From Sarea resinae (taxonomy: Eukaryota), in NCBI GenBank assembly GCA_026026165.1, contig JAPEUD010000041.1, positions 62,001 to 126,000 of the forward strand: a DNA stretch of 64,000 nt, given 5' to 3'. The translations under genes were made by a program, and so were the position numbers. Under the pieces are notes generated by a model. The model was not told the DNA's origin and made no database searches. It saw only the letters and a program-made list of their open reading frames with translations. The number at the start of each line of letters is the position of its first letter. Within the stretch, counting starts at the first letter, position 1. Shown piece by piece: positions 26,993 through 39,904 of this stretch.

Positions 26993-28442
26993 ATGACGAC
27001 TATCTGCGTCAATCATCTCCACTCCATTGATGAGCAAACTGCAGCCCTGATGATACAACTGCAGCTGGAGGATGCAGTTTATCTGTTTGACAATGCCAAA
27101 GGCAAATCTCGAGAAGATCAGGGGCCTACTGACGCGGAGCTCGCGCTACGCCTGTATCAGCAGGAGTTGGAGTCCCATGCCTCCATTGTCTCCGATCGAC
27201 GTATGACCCGAAGCATTGCGTCTGCCGTGCAAGCTGATGGGCCAATCTTGACGGGAACTGTGACTGAAGAAGATAGGATGGCGAGGGACCGAGATATGGC
27301 GCAGCGCTTGACCAATGGCGCAGAGATTGCCTTTTCAGAACCCAAAGATAGAACCACAAGCACCTTCATCGAGGATGACGAGCTCTTGGACAAGCTCCGG
27401 GCCCTGTACGTCGCTGATCCTGACGAAGATCAGGAGTTCATTCGTGATACAGAGATAGAGGAAGGAACCGAGTCGTCGTCCTGGGCGGGTAATAGAGACC
27501 GTCAGGCTTCAGCGAACAACCGTCGCTGTGTCGCTTGTGGAGAGTCGAAAAAATTCTTTGACGTGGCTCGCGTTAATTGCCGTCACGAATACTGTCGGGA
27601 TTGTCTCGATAGTCTTTTTCAAGCGTCACTGACTGATGAGACTCTCTTTCCTCCTCGCTGCTGCCGGCAGCCCATTTCTATAGAATCCGTCCGAGTTTTC
27701 ATGAAATCGAACATTTTTACCGCGTTCGAAAAGAAAAAAGTCGAGTTCAACACTCCCAACAGAACTTACTGCTGTTCGCCATCATGCTCAGCCTTCATCC
27801 GTGTCGAACACATCGAGAACGACATCGCGACATGCCCGGATTGCGGCACGTCGACCTGCACGACCTGTAAGGCATCAGCACACGAAGGGCAGGATTGCCC
27901 CGACGACGTCGCCCTGCAGCAGGTCTTACAAACTGCAGCTGAGAACAGATGGCAGCGGTGCTATTCTTGCTGGACAGTTGTCGAGCTCGAATTCGGTTGC
28001 AATCACATGACGTAAGTAAGCTTTCTCTTCTTAAATGTCCGATGCTGATATATATATCAGCTGCCGTTGTGGGGCTCAATTCTGCTACGTCTGCGGCGAG
28101 CGCTGGAAGACCTGTGATTGTGGAGAGTGGGACGATCATCGTCTGCGTGCTCGTGCCAACCAGCTCGTTGATAGAAACGCAGAAGCTGCTCCTGAGGCCC
28201 TCCCTGTTCATGATGTGCCTGATATGCCAGCTGTACCTGTTGTCCCTGCTGCTCCGGACCTTCTGGTCGATCAAATGATGCGAAACATACTCGAGAACCA
28301 CGAATGTGATCACGACAAGTGGCGATATGTTGGAGGACGGCACCGCTGCGAAGAATGCTACAAGACTTTGCCGCAATATATATTTGAGTGTCGACAATGC
28401 CAGCTCCAGGCGTGCAACCGGTGCAGACGCAATAGGCTCTGA
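26993..28442 (+). CDS. RBR (RING-IBR-RING) E3 ubiquitin ligase with an extra C-terminal Cys/His-rich module; 2 exons
   Basis: RING1 CVAC...CRHEYCRDC...FPPRCC; IBR CCSPSC...CPDC...CTTC...HEGQDC; RING2 CYSC...GCNHMT-CRCGAQFCYVC. Confidence 0.93.
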
Positions 28443-29178
28443 GTCCGACGGTGAAATTAAAGAGGACACTATGCTTGGTAGAGACTGTGATCACTTCGAA
28501 AGCAATGTGGATAGCCCACATGGGGATCCTTGAATTTTTTTTTGGAGTCGGTGCCCGAGCAGATAATTTTTGCAACGTCTTTGGTAATAGGCTCCCGATA
28601 ACGGTTCCAGTCACAATAGCTGGTAGGATGCTGTCTTTCCATTAGCAATGTCTGACCTACGTCAAATTCCGATGAAATGGTATGCTTTCATGGTAGTGTG
28701 TCATAGACTTGATATGTCAAAGATTTCCCATTATTGATTTCGCTAGGCTCGAAGGACCAGTAAATAGGCAAATCTGCTCCTACGTACACCCTCCAAAAAT
28801 ACTGCTATAGCCCGAAACGTCCGTATAATGCCTATTGCCTAGTCATTACTAAGGTATATGGCAGTGCTCCTCACCTAGGCTAGGAAAGTTGAACGTCGTC
28901 TCGACGATCGATTGACGGACTGGAAATATCGCGCGGGGACATCGAGATGATCGGCTTGCCGATAAGATAAGACATGACGCTCCCGCGCTCGTATCCGCCC
29001 CCACCTATCGCTTCTAGTAGGAATGAATTCCATCTTCAACACCACTCTTCTGCATCTCCAGCACCATCTACCATAGAACGAGGGCTCCTCTTAGAATAGG
29101 TAGCTTCCTATTAATTCCTGGAAACCGATCAAATCAAATTCAATTGAGTAGCCGCTCTCGAACCTTTGACTGTTCGAG

Positions 29179-30524
29179 ATGGCCGACCAGCCCGAAAAGA
29201 AAAACATCGTCGTTATCGGTATGGCCCTCTTGCCTGCCACCCTCAATGACTGCAATCTTAATAGCTCTCTTTACTTAATCCCACATATCTGACATCCCAG
29301 ACAGGAGGTGGAATTATCGGCTGCTCAACGGCCTACTTCCTCACCCGCCACCCTTCCTACAACCCCGCCACTCACACCATCACCCTCTTGGAAGCCTCCA
29401 AGATCGCTGGCGGCGCCTCCGGGAAAGCAGGCGGTCTTCTCGCCCTCTGGGCTTACCCTTCCAACATCGTCCCACTCAGTTACCGTCTGCATGCCGAGCT
29501 AGCCAAAGAACACAATGGCGAGGAGCGCTGGGGCTACCGCCGCATCCACTGCGGCCAACTTTCCGCCAAGGGACGTCCCAACAGCGGTAGCACCATCGGC
29601 AGCGATAGCAAAAAGAACGGCGGCTCCACCGATTCGGTCTCGCTCCAGAAACGGACCAAAGAAGCTGTCGGCCTCCTGCGCGCCGCGGGCGTTCCCACAG
29701 ACCTCGACTGGTTCGCCCCGGAATGCATCAAGTCCTACGACGAGATGGGCGACCCGGACACGACGGCCCAAGTACATCCCTACCAATTCACGACCTCCAT
29801 GGCCGCCCTCGCTGCCGAAAAGGGCGCCAAGATCCTCGAGCACAGCCCCGTGCAGAGCATCAACTACAACGCGGACAAGTCCGCCATCGAATCCATCACC
29901 TACGTCCCCAACGGCGAAGACTCCCAAACCCCCACCACCCTCCCCGCAACCACGATCATCCTAGCCGCGGGGCCCTGGACCTCGACCCTCCTCCCGCAAG
30001 CCCCCATCTCGGCCCTCCGAGCCCACAGCATCGTCATCCGGCCGTCGCGGCCCGTGTCCGCCTACGCCCTCTTCACCGACATCCGCGCCCCATCCACGGC
30101 CTCGAAGCGCAGCACGACGCAGATCCTGACGCCGGAGATCTACGCGCGGCCCAACAACGAAGTCTACGCGTGCGGCGAAGGCGACGTCTCGATCCCGTTA
30201 CCGCGCACCAGCGACCTCGTGGCCGTCGACCCGGCCCGCTGCGACGAGATCCGCGCCGCCGTGGGCGCCATCAGCGACGAGCTGCGCGACGGCGACGTCA
30301 CCGCCCGCCAGGCCTGCTATCTGCCCAACGTGCGGCCCGGCGCCGGCAGCTCCGGCCCGCTGGTCGGATGGACCGGTATCGAGGGCCTGGTGCTCGCGGC
30401 CGGCCACACGTGCTGGGGAATTCAAAACGCCCCTGGCACGGGCAAGTGCGTCAGCGAGTTCGTGTTCGATGGCCGCGCGACTAGCGCGAAGATTGCCGGC
30501 TTGGATCCTAGGAAGGCGCTTTAA
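29179..30524 (+). CDS. FAD-dependent oxidoreductase, DAO family (Tda3/Btn3-like); 2 exons
   Basis: NIVVIG-GGIIGCSTAYFL Rossmann motif across the intron; IAGGASGKAGGLLA; TAQVHPYQFT; AAGHTCWGIQNAPGTG. Confidence 0.9.
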
Positions 30525-30992
30525 TGTCTGATACGTCCTTTTGGCTTGTGGATAGATCGAGAGAAGGGTACTGCGTAGGTCAGATCAAGTATATAGACTA
30601 TAGATAAATAGGAACTTCATGCCGAGAATTTCATCATCTCTATCCCTACCTCCTTTTCATTTTTCATTTTCATTTTCGTTTTCATTTTCGATTTCAGGGT
30701 TAGGGTTAAGGTTAGGGTAACAAATATCAAAGTCGTTGGGGAAGTGCGGTATAATCAGAGGGTGGCGCGGGGGCAGAGAGAAAAAGTCTATCAATTCAAG
30801 GGGAATGGAAACTCGGGATATTGAATCTATTACGATGAAGCTATATTCCCCCTCATGTCTGCCTTGGTCGGAAAAAAAAAAGGGGAAGACCTTTCTTTCC
30901 CAACCGAGGTAGATAAAAATTTTCAACATTGCCCAGCGACAACAAAGGATGAAAAAAAAAAAAGAGAAAAGACGAAAAGAAGATAGAGGTGA

Positions 30993-33199
30993 CTACTTCC
31001 TCTTCCTACCCGCCTGGTTCTCCCTCGCGCTGCTTCCACCACCACTCCCGCCAGCACTGGCCGCCTTCTTGACACTGGGGGCATCGGTCTTGCCGCCCGC
31101 GGGCGTCGAGAGCGGTTTATTAGCCAACTTCTCGCCGACGTCTTCGTCGTCGCCGCCCTGGCCGAACTCGTTGACGCGCGTGTAGTCGACCTTGTAGGCC
31201 CAGCTCTGGTAGATGTAGACGAAGAAGATGACGTCGTCGCGCAGCGTGGCGAGACGGTGCAATGTGGGCATTTTGATCGTGAAGGCGAAGAGGTCGTCGA
31301 TGAACGTGTTGAGGAATTTGTACGTCATGGCGCGTGCGGGCATGTGTGCGACGGACTGGTGCGAGAGATGTCAGTGGGATGAATTTGTTTTGTGGGTTAG
31401 CGGGGGGCAAGGGTGTGCGGAAAGGGACTCATTCTGAGGAGGGGGAAAAGGGGAAGGAGGGGACGAAAACATACCTTGAGGCGGTAGTTGATATACAGAC
31501 TCGGTACCATCATCAAGAATCCATACGCATAGACACTGCCGACGAGCGTGGTGATGACGAAGCTGTACCAGCTCTTATGCGTATCGTACATCAGACTGTA
31601 CACGGCATAGGCCCCCAGAAGCGGAATCGCGATCAGATAAAGGTATTTGAAAGCAATCTCATCATATTCCTGGGTCTTCTTCTCCGTCTCAGAGAGCTTG
31701 TGCTTGTCCTCGAAGATGACGTGGTAAGGGAGGTAGGACCCAGCTGGAGCAGGACGGACGCGCACGTCGACGACTTTGGTGATCTTCCACGCTTCGAGAA
31801 GGATGCCCATGCCTTGGCCAAACAAGATCATCCATGACGTGTTCTCGTTGTTGTCCATTAGGTAGAGGAAGATGACGGTTTGCATGAAGACGTTCGCAAG
31901 GATGCTGCGGGTGGAGATGCCGACGTTGTCTTTCTTGTTGCGGAAGTGAGACTGCAGGAGGAATTAGCTTCAGAATGGCAAGGGCAGTACAACACAGAAA
32001 ACATACAATATCACTCTTGAAAGCCAGCATTTCGAATACCGTGTGTAGCAAGGTTACCACCGCGGTTGTGCCCAGCAGATAGATATTAGTATCGACAAGA
32101 ATTCTCTTGAGCTCTTCGAATTCGCTGCCGTCACCACCACCAGGCATTGGAGCACCGCTTGCGGCTTGCTTTTGGTTGGATTTGATGCTATCGTCAATGC
32201 TCGAAAGGATGGAAAATTGCCAATTTCGGAGGTGATTCAACGTTATGCGCAATGGCAGCCTCTCGACGGTCGAATTGAGCTCGGTCATGTGGTCCCGCAG
32301 CTGCCAGAATGTGTTGACGTATACGATAGGGTAGTACCAGCCATTCTGGCCAGACGAATCACGAGCACCGGTGGACTCGAGCTGAATGAATTGCCGGACT
32401 GCTGGATGTACGCTCGGGTAGTTCATCGTTCCAGAGTCTGGAATGACCGAGACAGTGAAGTTGGGATGATAGTAAGAAGCAACGGTCGGGCCCTTTTGCT
32501 GTGGTGCTGTTTCTTCGGGCTCCGTGATATTATCACCGCCAAGCAAATGCCGTGTCTTGGCGACCTTTTTCTTCGGGAGATACTGATTCAAGGGACGGAA
32601 GAAGTGATAGGCTTTGGAGACATCATAGGTTGGAGCGGCAGGGTCGAGCGGGTAGCCAGAGATGGCAACATAGAAATGTGCCCACAGTGTGCCGTTGTTC
32701 TGAACCTCCTTGGGCACAGGGAAGCTTGTGTCAATTTCGCGCTTATCACTGGATGATCCTATGGGAAACGCCTTCTCTTCCACAATCAAGGATTCCGATG
32801 GCATTTTGTCGAGGGTAGGCATAAATAGCGAGGTCGAGATGTATGCGGCGATGTCAATGTCGGTCTCTGGTGGCCAGATTGGTGCAATCATCTGCGGAAT
32901 GGCATTGTAAGATTCTTGGGCTCCGAGACTCTCAGGCCGCGCAGAGAAGGCTGGTATAGGAGCATTGGATGCTGGAGCGGCCGCATCCGTACTGGGAGAT
33001 GGTGCACCGCCGGTGAACTGTCTGATGGCGAATTGCACCACGAGAAAAATGCCAATTCCCTGGACGGCCGAGCGAACGGCAGGCTATCAATCGAATCAGC
33101 AGCAGCTCTGGTGCAATGGCAGCGGAGGGAGGACAGAGAACAACTTACGCCCACACCCGACTGCTCGCCCACGGCTTGATCTCCTCGTGCCTCAGGCAT
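30993..33199 (-). CDS. CLPTM1 family multi-pass ER membrane protein; 4 exons
   Basis: VQNNGTLWAHF; YYPIVYVNTFWQLRDHM; FEMLAFKSDI; GFLMMVPSLYINYRLK; MTYKFLNTFIDDLFAFTIKMPTLHRLATLRDD. Confidence 0.94.
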
Positions 33200-33888
33200 A
33201 GATCTTGATGGCGCGGAAGAGTCGATCTGGGAGAGGATGAGGTTGAAAATGGGTTTCACAAGAGGCTCACAGAGCTTCCTCGATAGGAAGTCGACAGATG
33301 CAAGCTCGGATCAACCTTGGATCGAATGGACCTAGCCCGAGCCCCCCCAAGGCGAGCCCGAGGGCGTCAGCCGGCATGTGCCGTCCCGGTCCATTGCCTC
33401 TGCAGCGTGCCTATGTAACAATCACGACTTCCGTCCGAGTCTCCTTCGAATGGCTTCATTCTTCTTCTCCACGACTACTGCGATGACTTCTGATCCTCAT
33501 GATCTTGCCGGCTTCCCTTCAGTCTCTGGAGACCGTTTTCATTCCTCTCTCATGGCTTCCTGTTGTTGCCGCCCGCCCGCCGCCCTCTGGCCGCCAATGA
33601 AGACGGCGGTTCGCCACACGTAGCCCCGGCCTAAACTGCAACGGTGATCTACGTCAATCATATTGAATGGAGCGGTCCGTCATGACAAAGACGTACAAGC
33701 GCATCACCCCCCCCACTACTGCCACCATGACTCTCTCGGTCTCGAGCCATGATCCTCTTCATCGTCTCTCTTCACCCGTGACATTGTTTTCAAATCTCAC
33801 AGGGCCGCAAGAGAGATCCCGAAAATACAGCTAGCATTGCCAGCACCACATCTCCAAAGCTCCTTACCGTTCGCGCTTTCGTCCTATC

Positions 33889-34676
33889 ATGGCCGCTCTC
33901 AGACAGCCCGATTCCCCCGCTTTCGCCTCGGGCGTCTCGACCCCAGAGAGCATACCATCGGCCAATCGAAAGCCCGTCGTCTGTGTCTTGTAAGACTACA
34001 CCCGGTCCAGCCGAATCTTTCGTGAACTCATGCTAAATATATATGCTCTTGCAGCTGTGGTTCCGCACCCGGCACCTCTCCCGCCCATCTCGAAGCCGCC
34101 CGCGCCCTAGGTCATGCCCTTCACGCCGCAAACTTCTCCCTCGTCTACGGCGGGGGCACCGTCGGGATCATGGGCGAGGTAGCCCGGACTCTGGTGTCCC
34201 TCGCCGGTCCCGACAGTGTCCACGGTATCATTCCTGCCGCCCTAATAAAATACGAACAAGATGCCTCGTCAACCAAATCCGCCAAAAACACCATCAATGA
34301 GAAGATCTTCGGCCGCACCACCGTTGTCAAGGATATGCATACGCGGAAACAGATGATGGCACGGGAGGTCATGGAGGGTGGGCCTGGTGGCGGGTTCGTG
34401 GCGCTGAGCGGCGGTTATGGCACCCTGGAGGAGTTGATGGAGATTGTTACCTGGAACCAGCTCGGCATACATGCCAGAGGTGTCGTTGTCTTCAACGTAG
34501 AGGGTTACTGGACTGGGTTGCTATCGTGGGTGAAGACGGCCGTGAGTGCGGGTTTCATCGCGCCAAACTCGGCGGGGATCTTGGTTGAGGCTTTGACCGC
34601 GGAGGAGGTGGTGACGTGCTTGAGAGATTATCAGACAGCCGAGGGACGCTACGAATTGAACTGGGCGGAAAAATGA
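33889..34676 (+). CDS. LOG family nucleotide phosphoribohydrolase (cytokinin-activating 'Lonely Guy' type); 2 exons
   Basis: VCVF-CGS; LVYGGGTVGIMG; VKDMHTRKQMM; FVALSGGYGTLEELMEIVTWNQLGIH. Confidence 0.93.
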
Positions 34677-34934
34677 TTTTCTTGTCGGGGAGTTAAGGGC
34701 GTGGGATTTGTCAGGCATGGCATTCACCGGACCTGAAAGGTCTGAGATGATCTTACGAGACTTGTCTAAGACAACTCGAGAGGTCTTTGAATTGGATATT
34801 CTCGATAGTCTGGACTACGGAATTTTAGGACGTAACATCGCACTTAGAAGGCAAGGAATTCAAACACTTGGAATGTTTCGAAAGAAGATTGGTTTGACCA
34901 TCAAAAAGCTATCTATCACCGCATGAAAATCTTC

Positions 34935-35873
34935 CTATGAATCGACATCCATCGACTCGCCTCCATGCTCGCCACCCTCCGTCTCCTCAGCCGGGGCGTT
35001 CTCAAATGTCGTCTCCAACCAGCTGGCCACCTCCTGCCCCTCGTACAGCTTGAATGGCTCCAGCTTCACTTTACCCCCGTCGCCCCTGCCAATGACAGCC
35101 ACACTCGTATTATCAACCGTCAATTCCTTGTCCTGAGCCAGAGTCTCCTTCAGCGCCCTCAATCCGTGCTTCACAAGCTCGTCCCGCCCACAGTCGGCAA
35201 ATTGATCCAGATTCCTCTCCAGATACGTCCGCGCCATCTGACTCCGTCCGCCAATCGCACAAGCCACCATCTCCTGCGTCATTCCGCTGGGTTGGAACTC
35301 GAACAGATGTGGGCCGGTATCGTCGACACCAGCCACTAGAAGCCCGACACCATAAGGCCGTTTGCCGTAGTGTTGGGTGTTGGTTTGGGCACGGTCGCCT
35401 ATCTGGCTGACGATGCGTTCGATGGGGAGGGCGCGAGCATAGGTCATGCGGCTGCTGAGGGATTGCTGCTTCATGAAGTTGGAGAGGACGCGGGCGTCAG
35501 AGGTCAGGCCGGCAAGGGCGATGCCGAAGTGTGTGTCGATGCCGATGAGCTTCTTTTGGTAGGATGAAAGCTCTTCCGCATTTCGCTGTCGTTGCTGGTG
35601 TCAGTACGTGATATTTGTTGGTGTAGGACTGGTCTGTAGCCATGGATTGGGAATAGGATGTTCATCCTTACCTTGATAGCCGCTAGAACTGCGTGCGTCT
35701 TGCTGACTACACCGACGACGACTGAACCTTGCTTCACGGCTTCTTGTGCATATTCAACTTGGAATATTCGACCTTGAGGCGAGCTGCAATGAAGCTGTTA
35801 GAGCTTGTGCAGTGATCTCATGAGGTTGGACTTACAAGGTCACTGAATCGTTGTCATAATTGTTGCGGAACAT
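34935..35873 (-). CDS. PRE5: 20S proteasome subunit alpha-6 (PSMA1); 3 exons
   Basis: [66 protein letters not shown]. Confidence 0.97.
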
Positions 35874-36401
35874 GATGGCCTAGTGACCGCCTCTGCTGGC
35901 TTATGGAGAAGATCTCGAACAGGTGAGAGGAAAATAGCGAAGGAGGTAAGGTGAGGCAAGGTGGCAGAGGATGAGATGGAGATGAAGATGGATTATGCTG
36001 AAGCTCGGGGTTACACCTACGATCTCCAGGCAGGAAGGTTGACGCGCTTCATTGCCAGCTCCCGCACCCGATTGGGTTAGGCGTAAGGTCAAGGCTGGAG
36101 GTACGGTTGGAGGTACGAATTACTTGAGCCTCAATGTCCAGCCAGGGACAGACAGCTTGCGACGTCAGCTTCCCTCCTCAAAGCGCCCACCTTACCTTGC
36201 CTACCTTGGGCACTCAACACCACAATCCCATCGACATCTGAAGTCATGCATTGACAGATCATCATCCCTCACCTCCGAGTATTGTTTCGCGAACGAGAAC
36301 CCCATATTGGAACTGTGCAGAAGCTCTGCTTTTCCGCCCAGCACTCCCCCACTCGCCTAAGCGCCGCTGTTGCCTCTCACGCGACGCAGAGCGGCCTCGT
36401 C

Positions 36402-36963
36402 ATGGCAGGTCTGAAGACCATCATTGCCCTCTCTTTTGTGAGTCGTGCTCTGTAAAATCACATTTAGATCATCAAATGCTGATTACGGATATCCAAGGTC
36501 CTCGCCATCGGCTTCCTCCTCGTTATCCTGTCCTCCGCCCTGTGGAAACAATATCTCCCGCTGCTCGTGGTTGCGACCTACGTGATCGCACCACTACCCA
36601 ACTGGATATGTGCACGATGCTCGAATCCAGATGATTTTATGGAGAGTGGCAGCAAGGCCATCATTGATTTTGGGCGCTTTTGTACGGGTTTCCTGGTGGT
36701 AATGGGTATTGGTACGTATCTTGCCTCCGATTCAAAGTCTACAGCACGTCTATATCGAGGAGATCTACAAACTGTAGTTCCCACTCCTGTAGCAAGTCAA
36801 ACCGACGCTGACGCAGTTCTATCATATAGCTTTACCCACCCTATTGGCACATTGCGGCTTGATCGTGTATCCAGCCATGGCTATGTCTATCGTTGGGGGA
36901 TTATTGATCTATGGTACCATCATTAGCTTTACCATGTTCTTCCAGGAGGAGCAAGACTTCTAG
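36402..36963 (+). CDS. VPS55: Vacuolar protein sorting 55 (Vps55/OB-RGRP family); 3 exons
   Basis: MAGLKTIIALSF-VLAIGFLLVILSSALW...YVIAPLPNWIC...DFGRFCTGFLVVMGI...FTMFFQEEQDF. Confidence 0.95.
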
Positions 36964-37597
36964 GCATCCCTACTCTCTTATATGTGTATATTACTAGGAA
37001 CTTGCTTCAATTCGCCGCCAGAAGAATGGATCAGTGCGAGCGACTGGTTTGGCCCTTTTTTGTGTCTTTAGCGGTCGCAAGCAACTTTGAAGGGCGCTGT
37101 TCTATGATTTATAAAGTTTATTTCAGCCAGGGAAGGAGTGGAAAATTGCATCGTACATCATCGTTCTTCCTAGACAAGGTGTTCTCCGCTGGAAAAGCAC
37201 GGAGGCGATAGGCCTTGATGGATTATAGCTATTTCATCCGGCAATCAATGTTCAATATGAACGAATCTTTGAATGTGAATAGCATGACTGCCTTGCCCAT
37301 ATGACATCTGTGTTTGACCTTGGAATTCAATCGGCCTCAAGAGCTTTTCTGGTAAATGTGAATATTATATGGCTATTTGAATCACGTGTGTACGTGACCC
37401 TTATCGGCGCGTCAATCGCGTCAACCTCGTCGCCCGCCCGTCTACGGAGTATCAGCCAGTCAATCGATATTGATCGGTGTCAAACCAGACAACACCAAAC
37501 TCAACTGTTCCTTAATGATAACCGCGACCTTCAGAGGAGCATATTGATCGTCGCGGAACCATGCTATGTGGTTCGATGACGTAGAGGCTGGTAAAGC

Positions 37598-39324
37598 ATG
37601 GATGTCTACTCAGGATCCATTGCTTTCCCCAACGATTCTCAAATCATCCAAGGTGAGTTGCACTGCAATGCACTTCTAGTGCAGTAGCTGATGTTTCAGA
37701 CATTCATTTCACCTGCTCAAAGGGCATCAATGAGCCTGCAATACCGCAGCATAATTTACGATTTTTGACCCTTGTGGACCCTTCACGCATACCATTGTAT
37801 CTAGCTGCTGGTCCAAGTCTCAATGTCTGGACCGAAAATGCGACCACGGAAGAATGGTTTGCGAGGATATTACTGCGTGATTATGGACAAGACGATAAGA
37901 TCTCGGGTTCAGAAAAGGGGCAGTATATGCCGTGGTGGAAGACGTTTGCTGCGCAGTCCAATGTCGGGCTTCTTTTGCAGACTGACCATGACCATGATCC
38001 CGCTGCTCAGCCCCGAGGTCCAAGGATTACAGAAGTTCTTATCTATGGAAGCATACACCAAGATACTCAGCCAGCTATATCATCGTTGCCATCTCATGAT
38101 CAAAATGCATCTCTGGAGTCCCATCAGGCCAGCTCTTCGGGCAAGGAATTGAGGGTTTACGCATTACCTTTGTCTTCGGACCTCCTCTATCATCCAAGCA
38201 CTCAAGATATCCTCGAAAGCGATTTGACACCCCTACCACCTCTCTCGGCCGATGTTGGAGTGCGCGAGGCAGCAGCACGCTTCCTGGGCCCCCTCTTCCC
38301 GCGGACAGATTCCGAGGATCTTACTACTGGCCAGAAACGGCAAAGACTAGACACTCTATTCGATGACGCTGCAGAGAGGAGGAAGAAGGCCAAGCGTAAG
38401 GGCGGTGAAAATGTATCCCATACGATGGCACATGTGGAGCGAGCCGTTTCGATTCCACGCGCCGGGTCGGTCCCCATGAACGACAGCAACAAGAGCGCTA
38501 CATTGGCGAAGGCACAGACTAAAGAGAGTGCCCAACAAAGACACCTACTGCCGAGACAGGGGCTCTCTCGGTCCTCAAGCCTCTCATCTGTGAGAAGCGT
38601 TGAAGACCCAAGACCCATTAGCCAAAAAAAGCCATCCGTCGACCTCAAGCGCTCCTCTCTCTACCGCGTCTCCAGCATGACTGCGATCGAGACAACAGAA
38701 GGTCCTGAAGTGGAAACCATAGAAGCCAAAAATAAAGGTGTTATGTCGCGGATTGTCATGGCTGGCATGCGCATCTATGGCCTACAGCAACAGCGCAGAA
38801 AGCTGAGACACGCGACGTCTCTCGGGCCATCAAATGCCTCCAATGCTTCTCCAGGCTTCTCTCAATCCCAACCCCAAGATACGAAAGAAAGCACCCCGGA
38901 TACGGAATCTGGTGTCGATGAGTACAAACTCATTTACCACCAAGCTTTCAAAGGAGCTTGTTTCGCCTTCCGAAGCCATATCCACACGTCCATTCTCAAG
39001 CAGGACACCATGCGCGATGTCGTTGATAAATTGCTCGCTATCTTTTGCACTGATCCATTTTCTGTCAGCACTCTAAGCACTCAGGACGATTCAACAGGAT
39101 TTGGACAAGACCCGCAGGCGGAGGAAAGCCCATTTGTGCCGGCTAGCGGTGGCGGCAAGAAAAGTCTTGACGATAGAGAGCCTCGAGATCAGTTCTCTAC
39201 TCCGAGTGTCCGACGACGTTATCGGGATGCTTTGCATGAAGATGAAGATGCTCATGAATTCCACAACTTCCATGAAAGTGTGCCAATTTCTTCTCCGGTG
39301 GAGAAATCGAAGGATGCTGGATAA
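37598..39324 (+). CDS. Sld7 C-terminal-domain protein (putative replication initiation factor); 2 exons
   Basis: Short exon MDVYSGSI... spliced at GTGAGT/TTCAG; C-terminal NKGVMSRIVMAGMRIYGL...EYKLIYHQAFKGACFAFR...MRDVVDKLLAIFC resembles the Sld7_C domain. Confidence 0.8.
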
Positions 39325-39407
39325 GGGGCTGTTACAAGGTCGATTAGATACGACATTACCAAGCAAATCTCCTCAAATCATTATGGTAATAGGTCTCTGC
39401 TGACATC

Positions 39408-39873
39408 CTTTGAACGGGTGCAACTCTTCCCACATCCAGCCAACAAAGGGACATTTATCGCGGCATCTCTCGACCTCTCAATTTTTCCATTGTTCTTTGT
39501 TCCTTAGCGTTCCGCTGATTCGTGCTTTGCTATATTAGAAAATGCAGTCCTCTTTGTTTCCTGTCTTCAAACAAGGACATTGATAGATGAAAATAGAAGA
39601 CATAGGAATTATTCTTCCATCTTTGTTTACTCGACGCATCATACAGCACATCGCCTTGTTCCTTTCCGTTCACAAACAATGCTTTGTCGATGCATCTTCA
39701 TTGTCCACAAAGAGATGATGAACAATCAATTATGATAAATCACGAGAGATGCACCGAATGAACAGCATGTATCCTTCCCTTGTTCAGAGAGGAAACGAGA
39801 AATAATATATAAAGAGCCATTTCAACCGGCTCGCGGCCTTCTCTTCATCTATACCTCCCTCATACTAACAAAG
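39408..39873. promoter_or_regulatory. Dense cluster of HMG-box consensus sites (WWCAAWG), including a perfect TR-box TTCTTTGTTC at 39493-39502; TATATAAA at ~39806
   Basis: Nine perfect sites at 39408, 39442, 39488, 39495, 39552, 39578, 39621, 39675 and 39867, plus about seven one-mismatch sites, directly upstream of the 39905 ORF. Confidence 0.7.
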
Positions 39874-39904
39874 CGTGTTATACTACTTTTTCTGAATTTG
39901 AAAT

